A stretch of DNA of 64,000 bases from Fistulifera solaris (taxonomy: Eukaryota): assembly GCA_030295235.1 (NCBI GenBank), contig AP026162.1, forward strand, positions 1,550,001 through 1,614,000. The letters run 5' to 3'. The notes under the pieces were generated by a model that did no database searches, was not told the origin of the DNA, and saw only the letters and a program-made list of their open reading frames with translations. A program made the translations under genes and the position numbers. The stretch's first letter is position 1. Each line of letters begins with the position of its first letter. This document shows positions 57,695 to 64,000 of the stretch, piece after piece.

Positions 57695-59116
57695 ATGAAC
57701 GGAACAAATACTGCACCAAAGCGAAGGGCGGGTCTATCGAACAAGCCTGAAGTGCACTCACTGGAAAACAATAAACCGACTAATACTCTGTACAAAGAAA
57801 AGCCCTTCCAGGACGTTACGTCGAAACCATTGGTGTCTTTGAGCAGTATTTTCGTCGCTATACTTGTGCTTTTCTTAGCGTTCGCTACCGCTACTTTTCT
57901 ACAACATCACAACAATCGACGGGGTCGAGCAATGGAAACCGAGAGAAATTTGATACACGATGATTTGACTAGTGGGACGGATAATAAGATGGACCCATGC
58001 CCTGAACAAACTTTGAGAGATTTTTGGAGCGATTTCGCAACTCCAGGTTACCACATTATTTGCTTGAAACGATCTCGAAAACCTGAGGACGCGTTCATTC
58101 AGGCCAGTTTCTACGAAAATGGTCTCAAAGCACGTGAGAATACTGTAGTACTCCCTCTCACTTTGAACTGGGAGTCATTAAAGCAGTCTTTCGTGGAAAA
58201 CTTGGGTTTACAAAAGAATATTTCGGACCGACAGCCTTGGGCACTCTATTCAACCACTGGCGTTCGTCTGGTAAGCGAAGAAGAGCAAGAACCTGTAGCT
58301 GGTCAGTATCCCAACAGGCTGGCTGAGTACGGAGTATTTCTACTATTTGAAGGCGGTCAATTCATTTGGCCCGGTGTCCGCATTGGTTTCCGTCGTGCTG
58401 TTGACCTTTACTCCGTAATGCCTCCAGAAAGTCCTGATTTAAGCGATCGGCACCGCGAAGTCGTACTTGAAACATTGTCTGTGACACCGTTGGTTCTTTC
58501 TGTTACCGGATTTTTGACTACTGAGGAGTGTCAACACATACAAAGACTTGCAGAACCGTCGATGGAATACTCAGAGGTGGTTCTCATGGACAAAGATGCT
58601 GGAAGACCTGCATCTGACTTTCGAACGTCACAGACAACATTCTTGCGGTCTACGGATGATTTTATGGTGGATATTGACTATCGAACGTCGAGCTTAGTAC
58701 GACTGCCGCGAAGTCACCAAGAGTCGGTTCAGGTGCTCCGGTATGGCCTTGGTGAAAAATACGACAATCACCATGACTATTTTGATCCTAGGGCTTATCA
58801 AAACGACCAGAGAACATTAAGTCGCATCAAAAATGGACGAAAGAATAGAATGGTGACAGTATTTTGGTATTTGAGTGACGTCGTGTCGGGCGGAGAGACA
58901 GTCTTTCCTCGCTTCAACGGAGGAAGGGAAAAGAATATGAAAGACTGCGAAACGGGTCTAAAGGTGAAGCCAGAGGTGGGAAAAGTGATTATCTTTTACA
59001 GTATGAAACCGGATGGCAAGCTGGATCCTTCCAGTCTCCATGGGGCGTGTCCTGTACAAGAAGGCGTTAAATGGGCTGCAAACAAATGGGTATGGAATGA
59101 GCCTATGAGGTTTTGA
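57695..59116 (+). CDS. Prolyl 4-hydroxylase (type II membrane 2OG-Fe dioxygenase)
   Basis: Single TM; RTSQTTF, QVLRY, HHDYF, GGETVFP and SLHGACPV..GVKWAANKW motifs. Confidence 0.92.
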   Translation: MNGTNTAPKRRAGLSNKPEVHSLENNKPTNTLYKEKPFQDVTSKPLVSLSSIFVAILVLFLAFATATFLQHHNNRRGRAMETERNLIHDDLTSGTDNKMDPCPEQTLRDFWSDFATPGYHIICLKRSRKPEDAFIQASFYENGLKARENTVVLPLTLNWESLKQSFVENLGLQKNISDRQPWALYSTTGVRLVSEEEQEPVAGQYPNRLAEYGVFLLFEGGQFIWPGVRIGFRRAVDLYSVMPPESPDLSDRHREVVLETLSVTPLVLSVTGFLTTEECQHIQRLAEPSMEYSEVVLMDKDAGRPASDFRTSQTTFLRSTDDFMVDIDYRTSSLVRLPRSHQESVQVLRYGLGEKYDNHHDYFDPRAYQNDQRTLSRIKNGRKNRMVTVFWYLSDVVSGGETVFPRFNGGREKNMKDCETGLKVKPEVGKVIIFYSMKPDGKLDPSSLHGACPVQEGVKWAANKWVWNEPMRF

Positions 59117-59459
59117 AAGCCGTTCTGGAAAGTTCTAGTTATCATCAGTTTTCATAGCTTCAAAGCGATTTAGCCTATAATTTATTCACCTAGACTACTA
59201 CTGTAAGAGAGAGCTCTTGAATAAAGATCGTTAGATGACTCTCTAGTCGTCTCTAGCTGTTTAGTCTAAACGGATAGCAATTAACGCCTTTTCAACGTCC
59301 CTTACACTAGATGCTTTCTGAACGGAAATCGTTCGATCGCACCATCATTACATATTTACGTGAAGGAGTACCATATCCTTATTTTGAATGCCAAGTGGCG
59401 AAGTCGAACTGTTTTACTCCGTATTTGACATCAATAACAAATCATATATTGCTTTGACC

Positions 59460-61112
59460 ATGAGCAGCACAGCGACCCCTTATTATCAGCAGGGTCGTAC
59501 CCTCAGCCACTTGTGGTGAGGGGGGACGTATGTAGCACCGGATCGAGGTACCGCCAAACACTCTAAAGATTCGCAATCTGGAGTGTACGTAAATTCCAAT
59601 GCAGCTCGTCTCTACGATGAAGGGCTGACAGTAACGGATTTGAAGCCCGATGCTCCTGCTGGGCGTCCCTGTCGTGATGTGTTTTGGGGCCTACTGTTCT
59701 ATGCGCATATATTCCTTTTGGCGGGTCTGGCTTTCTTATTCACGCCGACTATGATTCAAGACGTCGCCGAGGGCGTCGAACAAGGCGGGCAACGAATGAT
59801 GCGGATGCTAGAGGAAAGAAACTACGGCAACGAAAACGACGAGTCTGGTATTAGTCCTGCGGCTCTTGTTGTTTCACTTTGTTTGTCGAGTGTGTACGCG
59901 CTAGGCGTCTCAACTCTAGCACTTGGTTTCATGATGTCCTTTGCCGAAGTTCTCATCAAGCTGGCTCTCTTCTTTAATATCGCTTTCTTCGGGGTACTTG
60001 CAACTTTTTTCTTTCCTTGGAGGAGCGATTGGTGCGGCTCTCATGTGTCTTCTTATGAGTGCGTTTTCGGCTTATTATGCTTACCGAGTATGGGATCGAA
60101 TACCGTTCGCGGCTGCTAACTTGGTGACAGCAGTTACGGCGGTTCGTGCCAATATGGGCCTCGCTTTTTACGCATATTTGTCTTTGGTGATTCTTTTTGG
60201 TTGGAGTATCTTCTGGGCGATAAGTTCGGTCTCTACCATGTATGTTCTGGGAGGGTGCAACCCCCAACTCGAATGTCAGAATGAAGTCGGTGCGTCGATC
60301 ATCTTCTTGTTCCTGATTAGCTACTATTGGACGATTCAAGTCATTTCTAATGTAGTGCACGTCACAACCAGTGGTACCGTCGGCACATGGTGGATGGTTC
60401 CGGAAGAAGCGAATGGATGCTGCTCACAAGCCGTGCGAGATTCATACTATCGAAGCATGACGACATCCTTTGGAAGCATCTGTTTAGGGAGTCTGATTGT
60501 GGCGATTTTACAAGCGATCAAGGAGACTCTTCACCATGCAAGAGAAGAACATGGTAGTGCTCTAGCGTGCTGCGCTGAATGTATTATCGGTTGCGTGGAA
60601 AGTCTAATGGAATATTTTAACAAGTGGGCATTCGGTACGTTTGTCAGCATATCCGTTCAACTTTTCCAATCAATCAACCTCACGCACGTATCATCGAACG
60701 ATCTAAAGTTTATGTTGGGCTTTATGGTTTCAGCTTTGTAGAAGCGGGTGGTAATGTCATGAAACTCTTTAGGGAACGAGGATGGACAAGTATCATTACT
60801 GATTACATGATCGACACGGTGTTGTTCATGGTTAGTTTGGGAATCGCGATTCTCGTTGGAGTTCTGGCGATGTTCACCAGTGCTTTTCAGGGTGGTAATG
60901 ACGGGGGAACACTGGGCCTGTCGTTTGTCATTGGATTCATCGTTGGTTATAGTATGTGCACGACTCTTTTTTCAGTTGTCAGCAGCGCTGTCAACACGGT
61001 AATCGTGTGCTACGCAGAAGCGCCAAATGAGTTTCAAGCCAACCACCAGGAGCTTTCAAACAACATGAGGGATGCATGGCGAAGAACGTGGCCCAATGAA
61101 TTCAATTACTAG
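59460..61112 (+). CDS. Choline transporter-like (CTL/SLC44/Pns1) membrane protein
   Basis: CRDVFWGLLF, SFGSICLGSLIVA, YFNKWAF and YVGLYGFSFVEAG motifs; T-run indel at ~60008; intron ~60635-60708. Confidence 0.88.
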
Positions 61113-61218
61113 TGGGCAGCGGTAGTTCCTTGTTGTTGAGTAGACCGAAATGTAAAGAAGTAAAGACCGAAAAATTACACTTGTCAACGAGATTGCACCA
61201 AGCCTTTTAGTAAACTAC

Positions 61219-62136
61219 TTACAGACTGACGGAATGAGATACCTCGTGCGCTTTCTGCTCCCGCTCTCGTGCCTGTTCAGCAGTGAGAATCAGCACTCCA
61301 TCGAGATCACAGAACACAAGATCATTCGGTCGACATTCCACATCCCCGAGGCGAACTGATAGCTGTGATTGACCCTCTCCATTCCGTTTGGACTTACGCG
61401 GTGTAGAACCCAAAGCCATGACTCCTAACTTAACTTTCGACAGTGCCGCAACATCCCGTACACATCCATGTATCAGAATACCGGCCCAGTTGTTCTCCTG
61501 AGCTTTGATTGCCAGCATATCACCGAGCAATGCACAGCGCATAGAAGCTCCACCATCTACCACCAAAACGCTTCCTTTTCCATCTGTTTCTACAAGCTCC
61601 TTTACACGAGAGTTGTCTTCGAAGCACTTGACTGTGACGACTGGTCCGTAAAACTGCTTGATACCTCCAAAGGATCGCCACGCCACAGTCGGCACCCGCG
61701 CTGTATCTAAGTACTCATCGTATAAATCACACGTTGGAACGAAACCAGCTTTATAGGACGAACTCGAAGACAACTTTCTCTTTTTCGGTGTCGAATCGTT
61801 AAAGTCGCCGCCATTACTGAACATTTCCATTTTCTGGAGATGATCTTCGTGTCGTATCCTTACGTGATACCGCACACCGGAACTATCACCGCACTGATAA
61901 GTTACTCTCTTATTACACTTCAAGCACCACGCATCGACGGCATCTTTCGACTCCCAGGTTTTGTCTGGATCAAATCGCGGCGCAATAAGTTGAATGAAGT
62001 CCCAATACGTTGTACCCACGGCAGAAACTCTGGCCCGTTTCATCGGAAAGAGTAATCGGGGGTCAATGTGGTTCGGATCGTCTGCAGTTCCTTCTTCTTG
62101 TCCCTCGACTTTTTCGTCATTGGGTAAAGAGCTCAT
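61219..62136 (-). CDS. BED-type zinc finger fused to RraA/HMG-aldolase domain
   Basis: AWCLKC...YHVRIRH finger; PKKRK; then TCDLYD, FEDNSRVK, VVDGGAS..ALLGDMLA, GCVRD and DLDGV (RraA family). Confidence 0.85.
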   Translation of the reverse strand: MSSLPNDEKVEGQEEGTADDPNHIDPRLLFPMKRARVSAVGTTYWDFIQLIAPRFDPDKTWESKDAVDAWCLKCNKRVTYQCGDSSGVRYHVRIRHEDHLQKMEMFSNGGDFNDSTPKKRKLSSSSSYKAGFVPTCDLYDEYLDTARVPTVAWRSFGGIKQFYGPVVTVKCFEDNSRVKELVETDGKGSVLVVDGGASMRCALLGDMLAIKAQENNWAGILIHGCVRDVAALSKVKLGVMALGSTPRKSKRNGEGQSQLSVRLGDVECRPNDLVFCDLDGVLILTAEQAREREQKAHEVSHSVSL

Positions 62137-62614
62137 CTCCGTGAGCTTTAATGTTGTGATCTTAGTTGGTAATGAGTACTAATACAATTGCAATCTTTAT
62201 TACTCCGGAGTATTACGCCGCATTGCCTTTATTTTGCACGACAACGACGAAATGCGATTCAAATCCAGTCACGACAAAAAGTAATATACACTTTGGGACT
62301 ATAGTAGGGTGCCTGATCGCGCATCGCGCAAGGGTTCTTTGTGATCGCTCCAACGAAATTTACCAGAGGTCTATAGAGTAAAAAGTAGTCTGGTGATTAC
62401 ATCGCATTCGCAGCGGTAAACACGTCAAAGCGTTCATCGCGGGCGGCCGTTTTCACACAAAAACTGAAACCGAAAAAATGAAAACTATATACCATGAAGA
62501 GAAAACGGCCAAGTAAAACATGAATGACCCGTTTTCATCTTTTTTATCGTGCAGCGGTATCATCAATCGGCATCATGAAAGGCTCACAATTTTATTGTTG
62601 GACGAAAACATATC

Positions 62615-63418
62615 ATGAAAAGCTTCCTTGCCCTTTTCTTTGCTGCCTCGGCCTTTCTCGTCGTCTCGGCTTTCGCCGACGAAGACATTGGTCTCTGCTG
62701 CCTATGTGACGACTGCAAGCCTGTTGTTCGTGGCCGTGAATCTCTGAAGGTTGATGACAAGGGGAAAACCTGCAATGCTCTTTACATGGAGCTGGCGGAC
62801 CCTACGAACGACTCCAAAATGGGCAACTCCCTGTGTCTCAATCAGATTCGTCGGTTTCGTTCTCATTGCTGCGATGCCACGCATATCCCCATTGAGATTG
62901 TACAAGCTCCGACTCCCGCGCCCAATTTCGGAATGGAAGAAGGAACCGAGCCCATCTGCAACATCTGCCGCGATGGTTCGTATCCAACGATTCCCTTCGC
63001 CAAGATTGTTACATTTGATCGCTTCATCAAAGGAGAAAAGACTTGCGATGAACTGTACCGTATGGGACTAACAGGCAACATCCCGGATCAAATCTGCAAT
63101 CCATTGGTGAATTATGCGAAACGGCCCTGTGGTTGCACGTCGAATCAAGCCCTTCGTGCGCCGACACGCTCTCCCACAGCCGCACCAGTCACCATTCCTT
63201 CGACGAGTCCTACCAGTGATCCTTCTATGACTCCTTCACACAACTCTGAAACTTCAGCAAGCCCTTCTACTAGCCCTTCGCTCGCACCCTCCCAGGCGCT
63301 GAGCGAGATCGACGATTCGTGGAAAGAAAGCACTTGGTGGAAAATGATCATGAAACGCATGTCGAGATTCTTCAACCGCGAACAGCGTCGCTTGAGAGGA
63401 AAGTACGAGCTTAACTGA
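62615..63418 (+). CDS. Secreted Cys-rich protein with Pro/Thr/Ser stalk (cell-surface type)
   Basis: Signal peptide, two Cys-rich modules (CNICRDG..TC..C..CGC) and PTRSPTAAP/PSTSPS repeats. Confidence 0.75.
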   Translation: MKSFLALFFAASAFLVVSAFADEDIGLCCLCDDCKPVVRGRESLKVDDKGKTCNALYMELADPTNDSKMGNSLCLNQIRRFRSHCCDATHIPIEIVQAPTPAPNFGMEEGTEPICNICRDGSYPTIPFAKIVTFDRFIKGEKTCDELYRMGLTGNIPDQICNPLVNYAKRPCGCTSNQALRAPTRSPTAAPVTIPSTSPTSDPSMTPSHNSETSASPSTSPSLAPSQALSEIDDSWKESTWWKMIMKRMSRFFNREQRRLRGKYELN

Positions 63419-63757
63419 GCTTTTTACTTGTGTGGTAAACGAAGGCAACACAACATAATTCTAGAATAAAGAGTAAAAACAATGATAATTAACGAGATGA
63501 TCCTGGACCCTTGACCGCCATAGTCTACTTTGATGTCGTAACGACACTGAAGTAACACCACCTGTTCAGATCGTGTTGCGTACGATCCGAACCCCGAATG
63601 AATTCAATTGTTCTTTTCATCCCATAGTAAACATCGTAAAAAGATCCCACCATACTTGCAGAACACACGAGCTTGACACGGCGAAATAGGCGTTGTCAAG
63701 AATCTTTCGCTTTGATCTCATAAAAAATTGTTCTTCGTCTTCTTTGAATACTTTTCA

Positions 63758-64000
63758 ATGCGTATTCTTTCACTTGCTCCGCTCTTAGCCCTTGTGGCGT
63801 CAAGCTATGGCTTTACTGCGACTGCGCCTCCGATGCGTTCGGTAAGTTTATGCTCGTCATCTGTGCCGTTCGATTTGCTCTGGTGAGAAACCTCTTCTAA
63901 CTTCCGACACAATAGGCTGCTACTCGCATGTCTCTCATGACTCAAAGTGAGAGTGACGCTTTGATTGCCAAAGTGAATGACTGTGCTGAAAGCGAGTGCG
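63758..64000 (+). CDS. 5' part of a probably plastid-targeted protein, runs off the window
   Basis: MRILSLAPLLALVASSYG-F presequence; GTAAGT intron ~63842-63916; exon 2 ATRMSLMTQSESDALIAKVNDCAESEC. Confidence 0.65.

Overview
Gene-dense eukaryotic nuclear DNA, most likely from a (raphid pennate) diatom. This is inferred from short ~70-80 nt GT-AG introns, compact intergenic spacers, bipartite signal+transit presequences (VQA-F, ATS-F, SYG-F) and diatom-type protein families. About 30 protein genes can be read, including WDR83, an alpha/beta-hydrolase-acyltransferase, MPP6, codanin-1, CDC26, RFC3, VPS53, DDX52/ROK1, TCF25, EPSPS, RNase II, BUB3, prolyl 4-hydroxylase and a CTL transporter. There are two tRNA genes (Leu-CAA; intron-containing Thr-CGT). 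Many genes are split by single-base indels in homopolymer runs, which looks like unpolished long-read error. The most unusual region is ~24.4-31.1 kb. It holds a three-LTR non-autonomous LTR retroelement (691-bp TGACA...TGTCA LTRs, 372-bp non-coding internal part, PPT, and a primer-binding site complementary to the anticodon arm of tRNA-Asn). This element abuts a broken phage-type NUMOD4-HNH / HNH-AP2 endonuclease gene. Other notable items: two minisatellite arrays and solo sites built on a palindromic CAGAAWTTCTG core, a 236-bp tandem repeat, a ~530-bp foldback inside a pseudogene island, a SIAMESE-like CDK-inhibitor candidate and a BED-finger-RraA fusion. All calls come from reading the sequence; no searches were run.
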